A DNA stretch of 63,782 nt, counting the filler, from Octopus bimaculoides (lineage: Eukaryota): the NCBI RefSeq assembly GCF_001194135.2. It is 6 parts of 6 records of this genome, joined end to end, with 100 filler letters (N's around TTAATTAATTAA, not from the genome) between each part and the next. Parts side by side here need not be neighbours in the genome. Positions count along the whole stretch, not along the records: positions 13,429 to 23,196 come from NC_068983.1; positions 23,297 to 52,923 come from NC_069001.1; 4 more parts are not named here. One strand, 5' to 3'. Shown here piece by piece: positions 13,497 to 27,549 of this stretch (within the stretch, counting starts at the first letter, position 1; every line of letters starts with the position of its first letter). The notes under the pieces are model-generated. The model was not told the DNA's origin. It made no database searches and saw nothing but the letters and a program-made list of their open reading frames with translations. A program made the position numbers and the translations under genes.

Positions 13497-15054
13497 TGTG
13501 TACAACCATAAATAAGCTTGCACATCTTGTCGCTCTGAGTTGCTATGACACTAAGTGAGAAAACTGGTTTTGTTTTACTGTACACTTCACTGTTCTTCGT
13601 GAAAGATTTGACGTCAAAATCTCTCAAATGCAGAGCTTGACGATGCAATATTGTGTCTATAATAAGCCTATTTGTAAATCTCAACTAAGTTGATGCTTAG
13701 GTTAAATCTCAACCTAAGTATAATATGGCTTCATACCATAGGAATAGAAGCACCAAATATTTGATAAGTGTATGAATGATAATCAGCAAAAAGTCGACCG
13801 TAATTCGGTTTGCATGTTAAGTGAATATATCTACGAGAGATGGTATATCTGCTAACAAATTAGCACAGCATTCATACACAATATATATTTATTGCTAACA
13901 CATCACTACAAGTGCTATTGCTCTCCACTTCTGGTATATTTATAAATCTAATCTAACTTTGTATTGCATTCTTAATTGATTAATAAAATAAATGTCATTC
14001 GGTAGTTTAAATTCGGTATCATTACGGACTCTGTAATAGCTAAGGGATATAACGAACCTCATTCTCATGATAATTCTTTAGGTTTAAGAGGAATCAACGA
14101 CATTTATATATTAGGAATCATCCATCAATTGAATTAAAGTGTGAAATTAATTTAGTGCCTTGCTTAATGCACCTGATGCAAGACTTTGATGTGATAAATG
14201 GCTTAGTTTATATGGAAAATATCCAGTTCATGGAAATAAGATCATCCACTGTCGTTTACTATTTTCTTGTCCAAATTATTTCAGGAAGTCATGTTCCATT
14301 ATATGTACACAGAAATCAGGATTTTGCGCGTGTTTAATTCCGACAACTAAATGTCATGAGCAACGGGACTGAACACTGAAAGCTGCCTAATATAAAGATT
14401 TCGTGATCACCAAATTCTTGTAAATCTATATAAAAATACTAATTGATTATATCATCAATTTTAGAAGCGGCCATTATTTCTGTGATTAAGTATATACTAC
14501 ATTCTTAAAATGATTATTTAACAGTGATTGCAAAACTCTTAGCTCTTATAAAAAAATTAAAAAAACACATGTCATTTTTGGAGGTTATCTACATTTTGAT
14601 TTTATGTGAGGGAAGCTCTGTGGCTGCTCTACCATGAATTCATTTTACATAGAAAGTAAAATGATACGTGTGCAGGTTTCAAGCGATATAGGACTGCCTA
14701 CACAGTAACGACTAACAAAACACTTTAGTAGAAAAGCGAAGGCGGGGAGGCCATCATTGCTAGTAATAGTCCCATTATATCAATTTTCCTAAATTCTTCT
14801 CATTGAATTTTATATGAGGTTGCGAGCAGGATTTTACGTTACTCACGGTCACTTTGTCAAACACAGTCGCATTATTTATGAGTTATGCAAGCGATGGGCA
14901 TGTATCCATCCATCCACCCATCCATCGTAAGCATTTGTGTGAAATCTTAGCAAACACCATGTAACTCTAAGTAGCACAGCAGTGGTTGAAGTCGTGTGTA
15001 CGTAGGAATTGATCATCCTTTTCTAGATGTAAATTGTGTATACATAATAAAATA

Positions 15055-15055
<1 letters not shown>

Positions 15056-15099
<44 letters not shown>

Positions 15100-15128
15100 C
15101 ATTCATCCGTCCGTCCGTCCGTCCGTCC

Positions 15129-15166
<38 letters not shown>

Positions 15167-15249
15167 GTGTATGTCTGTCTGTATATAACTATATATATAT
15201 ATACATAAATACATACATATCTATATCTATATCTATAGGAAAATAAATA

Positions 15250-15315
<66 letters not shown>
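15056..15315. repeat. Compound microsatellite (TATC)n-(CCGT)n-(CTGT)n ... (AAT)n
   Basis: Directly visible; representative of dozens of TA, GT, GA, TATC, ACAT, TAA and TAG arrays in the window. Confidence 0.95.
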
Positions 15316-15916
15316 CTATTATGTTGTGATTACTCTAGTTCACAGAACTGTAGAAATGATTTGTGACATCACTGCCCCCAAGGTGCATCGGTTTTGCCTT
15401 TCCCTTGGATAATGTCGGTGAAATGGATAGATGAAGCTAGTGTGAATGAGCGACTGTATCAGGACAACAGAGTCTTTTATAAACGGTGTTTAAAAAATAA
15501 TTTCATTTAACAGGCTGCATTTTTATTAGTAAACATATTTTTCTCTGTCTGTCTGTCTGTCTGTCTGTCTGCTTGTCTCTCTCTCTCACATGCACATATG
15601 TATAGAACGTTCTGATACTCTATATATCGGAACAGCAAGATTTCTCTTATATGCAGCGAATACACGCTTCCCACTGATGATCTGCAGTACAATGAAATCA
15701 CGTTGTATGGCAATTCGAGATCCCATGAGAGACGATTCTCGTTTGATACGATCTGTGTGTTTTTATATAACAAGGGCCTATATGAGAGGATCTCTCAAGA
15801 TTAATAAACCTGTATCCATATTAAGCCGGACATAATGATTACCTTTTGATACTAATACTGCTTATATTGCTAATTATTAATATACATACACATATATATA
15901 GATATAAATACATACA

Positions 15917-15997
<81 letters not shown>

Positions 15998-16003
15998 ACA
16001 TAC

Positions 16004-16077
<74 letters not shown>

Positions 16078-17092
16078 GATATACATACATATGGACAGAG
16101 TAAGATATATAAAGTAGAAATACAAATAGTTGCATTCATATATAATTTAATTCAAGGAGCTTATTTGTCTATGGTTGAATATATTATAGAATACTTCCAA
16201 GTTACCTTCGACACTCAATGGGACTAATATTCATGAAAATATGAATTCACGTTCGCATACTTTCGTATAATTTTCACGAATTTGCGTATAGCCACTTCTA
16301 GTCTCGTTGCCTTTATATTAGTATGAATGTGTAGTCTATCATATTCATTTTATGTCTGAATAGGTGTTATGCTTAAAAATACTTGTTGCGTGTTAAAAAA
16401 ATATGAATAAAAATGATAAAAATTACGATTTATCAAATTAAACTCATTTTATTGAAACGTAAGCTGATGGATGCTGGTTCCCAGAAATGTTGCCAGGAGC
16501 TAATATATATTTCCCATTATATGCATAACCAAAAAGAGTGTGTGCGAAGAGAAAAAAAGGAAGCATTTTAAGATGTAAATTTTATATTATATGTAAATGG
16601 TTACATATACACCAAATTTTACTGAGCGTAGATATATTATCTGCAGACAAATATTGTAATTGGGTATACATCAACAAAGAATTCAATTCATTATATAATA
16701 TATTAAACTTTTATTATTGTATAAGAAATTCACATCAAATTTATATATATATAATATGTGTATAATAAAATATAGCTGGCAGTCTATAGATTAACGTATA
16801 TATTTTCCCACTATATAGATCTCAAGGCATTTATTTACTGTGGTTCGGAATATGGTACTTAGTTTAAGCTCCTGCATTTACATATCAATATCTCATCCAT
16901 CAGTGTGTGTGTATATATATATATATATACATTCTGTAAATAGTGATAATATTGTACGCGTGGGACTCGAACCCTACATTTTCCCACCTTTAGTCATTGC
17001 ACAGTGATCGATTATAGGCTTTAGGCTTATAGAATATTATATTATTATTATTTACAGAACAGTAATAATCAACGGTGCTTAACAAAAATCTT

Positions 17093-17179
17093 CGCCATGA
17101 TAGATCGCTAGTCACTACACATTTTCTATTTTCTCTCCTTGTTTCTTTCTGTGTTCCTTTGTGTAGAAGAGAATAGGCT
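17093..17179 (+). mobile_element. Sibling fragment of the 49965-50218 repeat, truncated by an assembly gap
   Basis: About 85 bp clearly alignable by eye to ~50015-50100. Confidence 0.6.
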
Positions 17180-18699
17180 NNNNNNNNNNNNNNNNNNNNN
17201 NNNNNNNNNNNNNNNNNNNNNNNNNNNNNNNNNNNNNNNNNNNNNNNNNNNNNNNNNNNNNNNNNNNNNNNNNNNNNNNNNNNNNNNNNNNNNNNNNNNN
17301 NNNNNNNNNNNNNNNNNNNNNNNNNNNNNNNNNNNNNNNNNNNNNNNNNNNNNNNNNNNNNNNNNNNNNNNNNNNNNNNATATATATATAATAATAATAA
17401 TAATAATATTAGCGACAAAAACTATATATATATATACATATATAATATGTAGGTAGGTATGTGTGTATGTGTATGTATATGAATAACTAAGGTTGTAGGA
17501 TTACAGATCATTAGACATCGCTCGAGCCATAGGTTTGTTTAATCGTTCCTTTGGTCGAGTGTACACGTTAGATATCGGAGAATAAATTAAGAACACTAAT
17601 TACTTTACTTAGGTGTTGAAGTAATCTCACTTACACTGCTATGAACTGCTATTCATCATAAATCAACAAAATATGTTGTGAAGTTCAAGTGTCAGAATTT
17701 CTGCATGTCGTTAGAACGAAATAAGTTCAATTATTTTGTTTACGTGTGGCGTCGGTTAAACAATATTAGGAAATTTCTTTGTAAGATATATATCACAGGA
17801 TTTCGATCAATCGTAAAACGTTGGTGTCTTATCGAGCATTGATCATGAACTGTTATAGGTCACTCCTTTTATCTCTTGATCTCCAGATAAATTTATTACT
17901 TCGTTAGAGAACACACCCTTGACGAATGATAAATATATATGAACGGCAAAATTCTGCGATTAATTTCATTCACAGACAATGCAATAAAGTTGTCATAGAC
18001 CCTTAGTACTCTAATTGGCTGCAGATTATATTTGTTATAAAGTCTCTTTCATTGAAACCTTAGGCCGTATAGGTGTTAATTCTATATATAACAAACACTT
18101 ACACATAGTGAGACATACACATTTACTTTGACAGGGTTCAGCAATTGGATAAAATCATAGCCGCTACAATTTCAAGGATTATCACAAATATGACGAAACC
18201 ATACCCTGTCTGGTACAAATTTTATGGATGTGTTTATATCTGATGGCTAAATTTACCTTCAAAGCAATTATGAATTAAATATCTCACAAAAAAGTTTATA
18301 TTGTCCTTTGCAAAACTCAAACATGATTAAGCACAAACATACATGTATGTACGTATGTGTGTGTTTGTATCTGTGTGTGTATATATACGTATATATATGT
18401 ATGTACACACATACAGTCACACGCACACGCAGTAATATACATATATAGTCAAATCGAATAATCGAACATTAAAAATAACAATAACAAACATGGGGATGTG
18501 CACATGGAATCTATTATTTTGACGCTTGGTAAAAAGAGAGAGTTTTCATGTTTCAGACATAGCTATTTGAAAGGAGAATGGACAAGTTGAGAGAAGGAAA
18601 AAATCACCAACAGCACATGTTTAGTTACAATATGTAAGAATTTATACACGTACATATTGATATATATGTGAATTTTGAATTTTGTCAACATGGTGGGCC

Positions 18700-18927
18700 A
18701 CTTCGTAAGTAGCCTACCGTGTCTTTCTCCATATCATTAGCATTGTCCTACATATGAATTCATGACTGCATTTTGACCTTCAAGTGAGCCTTCTTGACTA
18801 TGAGTGAGGAATGAGAGATGAAATATTTTGCATTCTTAAGAGAACCGATGGTCATTGGCATGTGGTTCTAGACATGTTAGATGTATTTTTGCCGGGTCAG
18901 ATTCTCGGTGATTGTGTGTGTGTGTGT

Positions 18928-18974
<47 letters not shown>

Positions 18975-19640
18975 TGTGGCTTCATTTGGAGTAGCTGCGA
19001 AAGTTCTGAAGAGCAATCATGTTTACAATATGTGAGCATTGGTAGTGTGATTATTGCTCGGACATAAAGTTGATCTCAAGGTCACCGCTTTTCATGGATT
19101 CAGCTCAGGTTTGACGTATGTGCAGGTTACGTGTAGAAAATGAATGGTTGGGATGCTTAGGGATTTATGAGGTTTGTATCATCTGCAAAAGAGGAGGCGT
19201 TATTGTCTGTGTGAAACATAAATATTGAATTACAGATGAAAGTGTGTGGGAGATAAAACCTGAACCAAGAAAATATCAGATTTAAATGAAAGCGTTTCGG
19301 AATATCTGATGTGATGCTACCGGTATATAAGGTTAGTGGTCAATGCAGCTAATTCTTGGACAATTTCTATTGGAGATCCGCATGCTAAATATGCGGAAGG
19401 CTTTGCTAATATCTAAGGCAAAATGCAGCTTCCAACAAAATTTTCCAATATGATAGCTTACTCAGCTGTATGAATAATCTCCAATAGATTTAGCTTTGCG
19501 AAAAGCGTGCTTGTAGTGAATGAAGAGAAAAAGTGAGATTCCTGGTGATGCAGAACGTCATTGTTAATATCGGTCTCCATTACTTCAGAGTTGTTAGAGT
19601 AAGTGTTTGCATGTGTTATTAAACCCCTCTTATAATTTTG
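18700..19640 (-). mobile_element. Old CR1/L2-like LINE reverse-transcriptase relic
   Basis: Minus-strand RT motifs in the correct order despite frameshifts: EVMET.IN (~19560-19600), HAFRKAKSIGD (~19475-19510), ALDISKAF (19396-19419), GS(V)LSPTL (~19240-19270), FADDTNL (FADDT 19175-19189). Interrupted by (GT)n at about 18914-18972. Confidence 0.7.
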
Positions 19641-20019
19641 CTGGTTGTGTTATTAACGTCTGCGGTGTATGAAGAACACTGAGTGATTACTCGAAATCAT
19701 GCTGATGTTGTTCTTATCAGAGCGCGAATATACCTAATTACAACAATGATAAAGTTTCAAATTTCAGAATTTTTTTTACTAATTTGTTAGATACCAACAT
19801 ACTGATTCTTCATCGGAATAAACTGTATATAGTTTCATGAAATATTAGAATCCCCACATAGTCGCCAATAAAGAATGAAAACACGAAACAAATATATGGA
19901 CTATAAAATACAAAAAAAAAAAAAAAATTGAGAGTAAATGCGTCATGTAGTTATGTATACATTCTACATCACCTTTAAATTGTATGAGGTACATATTCAT
20001 TCTAAACATAAATGTCGCT

Positions 20020-20560
20020 TAATTAAGACTGCAAAAGTGAATTGGGATCAATCAGCAAGCGTGTTCTCGCCGCAATTAACCTTCAAATTAGAAGCAATGC
20101 AACACTAACACAATGGAATTCCTGTGCCGCCAATATCATGTGATTTCTCGGCATGGAGAACAAATCATAATACATATTTTTCCAAATGCTCAGTCACCTA
20201 CGCGCTATCTCAAAATACTATCTCCTGCAATAGTGGTAAAAATTCCAGAGAGATTTTACCACTAATGGTGAATGATATAAGAGAAATAATAAACATCCAT
20301 GAGTAGATCTTGTACCACAACGAAAAAAGCTCATCTGTTCTGTCGACATGATGATATAAATGATTTTGGAGCAGCGGCTCTTGAGCTCATGTGAATGATT
20401 AACCTAGACGCCTTCAGAAATCTCAAATTACTCTACCACATTCTCGTTCAAAGAATGGAGACGATATTTTGGCAATCTCACATAGCATGTATGGCCACAA
20501 GACAAATTGATTTCGAAAAGGCCTCATAACTACACAAAGGCAATTCTGTGGAAATATCAT
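20020..20560 (+). mobile_element. Decayed Penelope-like element (PLE) reverse-transcriptase fragment
   Basis: With one frameshift reads IKTAKSELGSISKRVLAAINLQIRSNATLTQWNS...*FLGMENKS*YIFFQ, resembling the recalled PLE RT segment INPAKSELGRISK.ILD.IN..IR....LNQW. Downstream are LYHNEK and GDDILAI (catalytic DD-like, ~20457-20478). Confidence 0.6.
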
Positions 20561-20993
20561 CATATCAAACATTGAAAGTGGTGAGATCAATTCAGTATCT
20601 ATTTCTCTGACATGTATCAATATAGCTAAGAGCATGCACACACAAACACACATATAGACACACACACACACACCTACACATACACGGTGCACACGTATGT
20701 ACGCACATATATACTTCACGAGTCATTTACTCCAATATCACTTGAAGTTTCATACATGGAAATTACACGTGTAGACATTCATTCAATATTCTATGTGATT
20801 GTTCAGACGTATAAATTTAATGTGAAGAGCTCCGAGTAACAATGGCGTGGATAAACAAACGAGTACTATTAAATGTAGTCTGTGTGCAAAGAATTGACTA
20901 CTATTTTATTTTCTTTGTAAACACACACAAACGCACGCACATGCAGACACAACACTCACATTCATATATACACGTACATATGTGAATATAAAG

Positions 20994-21040
<47 letters not shown>

Positions 21041-21467
21041 TATATTGTGAATTCTCCCTGTATATATATATATATATTGGCTTGGCGATAACTATTAATT
21101 TCCAGTACCGCTGCCGTAGTCTCCTTTAGAGAGACTTAGAAATATTAATAACTCTATATATATATATATATATATATATTGATACATACATACATACGTA
21201 TGGCTATAGATATAGATATGCATATATACATATTTAAATACACGTGTGTCTACATATTGTCTTATTGGATGGTTTATACTTATAGATGATGTTGTTGTTG
21301 TTATTACAACAACCGCACTAATAATAATAAAAATGGTAATAATAATAATGATGATGATGACGATGATAATAGTATGCTCAGTAAACAAGTGTCACCTAAG
21401 CCTGTTTTCTGTTGGCAGCTGACACTTTCCCTCATACCCTGCAAAATAAGCTGAGAGATTTCACCAA

Positions 21468-21683
21468 CTAATAATAATAATGGTTTCAGATTTTGCCACA
21501 AGGGCAGCTTTTTCGGGGAGGGTATGAGTCGATTACGTCGAACTCAGTATTGAACTGATACTTATTTTATCAAACCCGAAAGGATGCAAAGCAAAGTCGA
21601 CCTCGGCAGAATTTAATTTCAGAAAACAGTGACGGTCGACATGCCGCTAAGCGTTTTGCCGCGTATGCTAACGATTCTGCCAG
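21468..21683 (-). mobile_element. SINE family B
   Basis: gtcgattacgtcg...aaagtcgacctcggcagaattt...tgctaacgattctgccag. Confidence 0.75.
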
Positions 21684-22970
21684 GGAAGAGGTAAGGGAAA
21701 ACTGAACCACTTGGTATATCTGGGAACACTCGCGGAAGATGGAATCAAACACAGTCACATGAAGGAAAATACAAAAAACGAGTACCCACGGCGAGTGAGA
21801 AAAATATTGGCTTCAAAGCCAAATGCTAGAAACACGGTTTCGGCAATAAACTCGCGCGCAGTCGCAGTAGTTCAGTATAACGCTAGAATCCTGAAGTGGA
21901 CAGAGGAGGAACTAAAGGAGATGGACAGGAAGGCAAGAAAGCTTCTAACGATGCATAGACCCTATCATCTACGTGCAGACACTGATGGCTTATACAAGAA
22001 AGAGCAAATGGAGGAAGATGACTGATAAGTGTGAAAGACTGCGTGTGAATCGAACTCGAGAGCTTAATGATATGCGTAGGGCAAAGTGAGTAAACATTAC
22101 TAGTGACAGTTATGAACGAGGGTGTATTGAAAGCAGAGAGAAAAGGAAAAACAGGAGGAAGTACACAAAGGACACAAAGAAGAATTACGCAAGAAGGGAC
22201 TACACAATCAATTCTATGGAGCCACAACAGAAGTTACAGGAAAAGATTGATCAAGGTGGCTGATGAAAAGAACACTAAAAGGGACCGAGAGCACTATACT
22301 GGTAGCGCAAGATGAAGCTTTGTCCACGAACTGGAAGGTCAATCTGAGGAAGGAGCAAGTGTCTTTGTTGTGCCGCATCTGCAATAGAGTAGACGAAACC
22401 ATTGTCCATATTACAAGTGAATGCCCTAGATTTGCCCAGTACCACTACAAGTTGTGGTGACACGATCACGTAGTGAATTGTGCAGCATTGGAAACTGTGT
22501 GAAAGTGGGAGGATAGAGAGAGGAAAGACTTGGTATTAGCTCAAACTGCAGAGTGTGACGGAGTCTGAGACTAGCAAAATCTTCTGGGATTTCCCAATGC
22601 AAATAGATAATGTGCTAGATGATAAAAAGACCGGTTCTAGTGGTGGTCGACAATTGTGCACCACATGTGCTCCATAGTTGATGCTGCGTGCCCATTTAAC
22701 CCACGAATAGAGAAGGAAGGCGGAAATATCGATAGATACAGCACTCTTAAGTAAGAAATAGTCCTGCTATGGAAAATGAAGAAGGTGAAGAAAGTGCTAA
22801 ATATCCTCTTAATCTGTGGTATTAAGCAGAATATCTGCTGTAGCCCATCATTTATACAAAGACAAAACAATATACATGATAACACTTCCAATCAATTAAG
22901 ATCAAAAGCCATGAGTGCCACTGTCTGGTACTGCATCCGGGTATAGCCACTGCCTGGTACTGCATCCGGG

Positions 22971-22971
<1 letters not shown>
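21684..22971 (+). mobile_element. Second, different 5'-truncated R4-clade (REL-type) LINE relic with (ATT)n tail
   Basis: YLGTLAEDGIKHSHMKENTKNEYPRRVRKILASKPNARNTVSAINSRAVAVVQYNARILKWTEEELKEMDRKARKLLTMH (RT thumb region), TESTILVAQDEALSTNW, zinc knuckle CRICNRVDETIVHITSEC, KIFWDFPMQID, CSIVDAACPF, followed by (ATT)n from 22972. Many frameshifts. Confidence 0.85.
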
Positions 22972-23027
<56 letters not shown>

Positions 23028-23196
23028 CATTATTATTTTTTTGTTTTTTTGTTTTGCATTTGTACAAGTTGGATCCAAGTCTCACCCAGAGACCTCAAGA
23101 GACAAAAAGTTAGAAGTTCATGTAGGTGTTATGCCTAGGGTACCGTATATTTGGATTTGTACATTTGGATTTGTACCAGAGAATGTTTAAGAAACC

Positions 23197-23296
23197 NNNN
23201 NNNNNNNNNNNNNNNNNNNNNNNNNNNNNNNNNNNNNNNNTTAATTAATTAANNNNNNNNNNNNNNNNNNNNNNNNNNNNNNNNNNNNNNNNNNNN
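23197..23296. other. Artificial 100-bp scaffold join immediately upstream of the LMO4 exon
   Basis: Linker 23241-23252 with 44 N on each side. Confidence 0.95.
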
Positions 23297-23310
23297 AGGT
23301 CCAACAGAGA

Positions 23311-23528
23311 ATGACTGCTCCGGGTGATACTGCTACCAAACCGACCGGTTTAAAAATGTGTTTTGGCTGTGGTGGTCGAATTTGCGATAGATTCATGCTA
23401 CATGCTGTTGACCATTATTGGCACACGAGTTGTTTGAAATGCCACTGCTGTCAGGCTCCGCTCGGAGAACTTGGTTCCTCGTGTTTCACAAAAAGCGGGA
23501 TGATTTTATGTAAAGAAGATTATATCAG
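23311..23528 (+). CDS. LMO4: Coding exon of an LMO4-like LIM-domain-only protein (N-terminus plus complete LIM1); partial gene
   Basis: Translates MTAPGDTATKPTGLKM-CFGC-x17-H-TS-C-LK-C-HC-C-x19-C-KE-D-YIR, a full LIM zinc-finger consensus. DRF-L, YWH..CLKC.CCQA.LG..G.SC.TKSGMILC..DYIR match recalled LMO4 LIM1 much better than LMO1/2/3 or LHX. Ends at AG|GTATGT (23528/23529), a phase-2 donor in the Arg codon, where I recall LMO-family genes having an intron. Possible acceptors are AG 23297-23298 or CAG 23305-23307; the upstream intron is hidden by a gap. Confidence 0.92.
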
Positions 23529-24571
23529 GTATGTCGAATTTTTGGTGGGGGCTCGTTTGAAAAGAAAAAAAAAAACAAAAAAAAAGATAGAAAGAAAGAA
23601 GCTGAAAAAAAAATTACAAACAGAAAAAATGCATTTGTATTAATTCTAATGTAGATTTCGTGGGCGGTGAGGGATTTTTGTAACAATCACCCTTTATTCA
23701 CTTTATATACTTCTCTAATTGTTTTCTTTGTCATTAAACCTTTCTACATCCTATTTATTTACCCCATCCAATTATCCTCACGCATACATAGATACACGTA
23801 AATCATGGATTTCTTTTCATTTCTTTTTATCTAAACCTGAGAATGAAAAACGCAAACAAAATATCAACTGAGTCAGTTGGATGACTAGTCAACGAAATGG
23901 AGGACTAACCTAATTTATTGTAATCACATTACTGATTATTAATATTTAAAGCAGCAAATTTCTTTTTAATTAGTTATAGAGATTTGCTTAGTTTTGCTTT
24001 TTTATTTCAAGAACTAATAAACCTTAGATTTAGCTATGCTTTTCTCATTTCCCAACCATCGCTCACACATGCATAATATATATATATATATAAATATATT
24101 CTTCTGGTTCTATTTTTCTGTCTTTTATAGTTGGAACATAACGCTCTTCCTTTACATATATATAGCTATATATATACATATATATAATGTGTGTATGTGA
24201 CATGAAATAAACATGGAAAAAATGGTTTGTCTTCCCCCCCATTAACCTATATTTTTCCATTTACGTTTCAATTTTTAACGATACCATCACATACAATGAT
24301 TGTATATAATGAGATTTCCAAATTTGCTATAAGTATTAATGCTTATATGTACACACAGGCCATCTCAATGCATTAATAGTGTCTATGTAGAGCTGTCTCA
24401 GCGTGGATGTGCATATATATATAATTATGTATATATATATAACCTGCCTGAGTATGTTTACATACACATTCTTATAAATGCACGTGTATTTATGTATGCC
24501 TTCGTGATGCATTTAAATTCGTAGAATACTTCGATGAGTGGAGAATATATATATATATATATATAGATATA

Positions 24572-24633
<62 letters not shown>

Positions 24634-25630
24634 CATAGACACACACACTCTCTCACACAAAATGTAATATTATATATAATGTAGCCAATATTCCCATTTG
24701 CCTTGTAAATCAATTTAACTGTCAAATCGAATGCTTTTAGCTGGTACACTTTTGTACTTCCTCACATTATCTCGCCTCTCGTCGTCGGATTTCCTTGGCC
24801 TTCTTCCGCCTTCATTTGACTAAGTGAATGAAAGAAAGAATGAATGAATGAATGAATGAGTGTGGGGTCGTAGTGGAATACTTCCAGTCTGCAAAAAAAA
24901 AAAAGTCTTGCCAAGCTACACGGAACTCCGCAAACTCGTGTGTATGTGTGTAATAGGTTTAGGGTTAAATCTAATACAACTATGCTGTACAGTCAAACAA
25001 ACCATCATAGATTCTGTTAAGATGAAGTAGGGGGGAAATGCTTTTTATTTTTTTGTTTCTTTTTCTAAATGTATTAGTGAATACTATCGTAGCTTTATCG
25101 TATCGCCGAAAACTGGCTTCTTAAATCCGCTTGCTGCTATCTTCCTGTTAAATAAATAATATATACTTTAAGATACCTTTCAGAATTTTAGTGTTACTAA
25201 ATGAAAATAATGTTTTGTTTTGGTAGATATTTTCTGTACAGTTATTAACGGCGCCTAAGAGGTAACAACCATCTTCGGAGCGATGATCGATCGGTTGGTA
25301 CTATTTAATTAATGATAACTGTTAGTCAAATAGATTATAAATGTTGGTGTATTAAATATTTAGACGTGCTGAAAACGGTATCGCTAGGTGGGAATACGCA
25401 AAATATCTGGTATCTTTTGATATATCCATGTATATGCATGATATGTGCATATAATTATGATCATTGTTAGTGTTTGTCTTCGTGTATACATGTGTGATTG
25501 TATACAACTGTATTACGCATGTGTTTGCATAAATATGTGTACATACACACATATATACACACACTCACAAATGCGTGTACACATTTCTAAATTCGTTTGT
25601 GTAACTTCCAACATACAATTCTGCCTCCCC

Positions 25631-25661
<31 letters not shown>

Positions 25662-26327
25662 ACACGTACACACACACGATTTCCAGCCACTCTCACATCA
25701 AAACAACAGCTAGCTACTATTTCTTCATCTTGCCGAGCCTGCCTGTATCTGTGATTGTTCTCTGATAGTGTGTATGTGTGTTCTATCTGGGATATTATAT
25801 ATTGATTGATATACACAGCAAATAACTTTATCGATACTGATATTGCTTTCTATTTAAATGGTGTGTGTGTGTGTGAGTGAGTGTAGAGGAGATATATTGC
25901 ATTTGATGTGCGCTGTTGTTGTTGTATACGTGCGTGCTTATGTATAAATGAACGTGTACGGATAAGAATAGTATAACTTGTATACATTACGAATGCAATT
26001 ACATTACATCCAGTCGCTGTATATAAATTAAAACATCGCTATATATGAATTAAAACCACACGCACGCATATGATTGCTGTATATATATACATATATACAG
26101 ACTAATACTACGAAAGGGAAGTCTCAATGCGATCGTTCCACCTGCAAGAATTAACGGGCAAATCTCCTTCTAATCGCACTCCGATTGTCTTATACAAGGA
26201 AGGACACTTAGCATTGTGTAGTCCTACGTTGTTTAATACCCAAGATGAGATGGTCACAACTGGGACGTCTTCGTTCATGTCAATTCAGTTACATACAAAG
26301 ACCACTATTCGTATGTGTACATGCACA

Positions 26328-26386
<59 letters not shown>

Positions 26387-27051
26387 CACGAGACTACATT
26401 GTGTCGGTGGCTGTATATAACTAATCTCTTCGTATATATTTTGTAGTTTTATATATTTGTCATCACACACTCACATATATATATATATATATATTTATAT
26501 ACACACATACACTTAGGTGTGTGTATTGATAGGCATATATGAATAGATATCGATTTGTTCTCAATTAATATAATGGTTCTGGCCGTGTGTGTGTGTGTGT
26601 AAAGCAAAGAAGATGCAGATCGAGAAAGCAATTAATTCTAGCCTTTTTCCGACAGGCCATTGCAATCAGTCTAATGTAAACGAGGTTGTTTTATTTATTA
26701 ATGCGTAGCTGAAAAGCACTTGTTCATTACTTTTATTGCTACTGTACACTCATACACACACACACACACATACTCACTGGTTTTGTACACTCACACACAG
26801 GCGCCGTTACACGCAAACACAACACACACACACACGTGTGTGTGTTGTGTATGTTTGTACGTATGTTTGTGTGTGTGTCCCTGTACGTTTTTATTGTTTC
26901 TCAACATACATATACACATGTACACTTAAACACTATATACACGCTCTCATGCATCTGGTAGTCCATATGCGACTATATTATTGCTGTGTATATATACATA
27001 CATGCATGCATACATACATCTCTCTCTCTATCTATTTATCTATCTATCTAT

Positions 27052-27198
27052 ACACACACACTTTTATACATACGCTCGTGTATGTGTCCGTATAGCTACT
27101 ACACACAAACTTTTATACACGCTCGTATATATGTCCGTATAGCTCCTACACACACACACTTTTATACACGCTCGTATATATGTCCGTATAGCTACTAC
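27052..27198. repeat. Minisatellite, 3 copies of a ~49-bp unit
   Basis: cttttatac(at)acgctcgt(g/a)tat(g/a)tgtccgtatagct recurs at 27061, 27110 and 27159. Confidence 0.9.
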
Positions 27199-27549
27199 TA
27201 CTACTACACACGTATAAAACACGTCTCGATGTGTATATGTGATACTAAGACTTGGCTGTCGAATATTTGCTGCGGAATTAATAGCAATTTACTATTGCCA
27301 AACACCATCAGAAAGAAACGCATCTTACTTGTATCTACTCACATACATATATACACATGTTGTATTCCTATACATACCCGCTTGCATACATAGGTGCAAT
27401 GACATTAGTTTCCGTAAATACACACACACATATATATATATATATGTAATATATTTGTGTACATGTGGGTGATAGATTTGCTGTACGTGTATTCACAAAC
27501 ACGCATAAAGAACCTCTTTCTAATTCCTTCCCCCCCCCNNNNNNNNNNA

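Noticed and set aside
23529-23643. Read-through of the LMO4 ORF (YVEFLVGARLKRKKKTKKK...)
   Set aside because: LMO4 similarity stops exactly at a GTATGT donor and the continuation is A-rich intronic sequence.
25240-25323. Imperfect hairpin as a pre-miRNA
   Set aside because: A large asymmetric internal loop splits it into two short helices.
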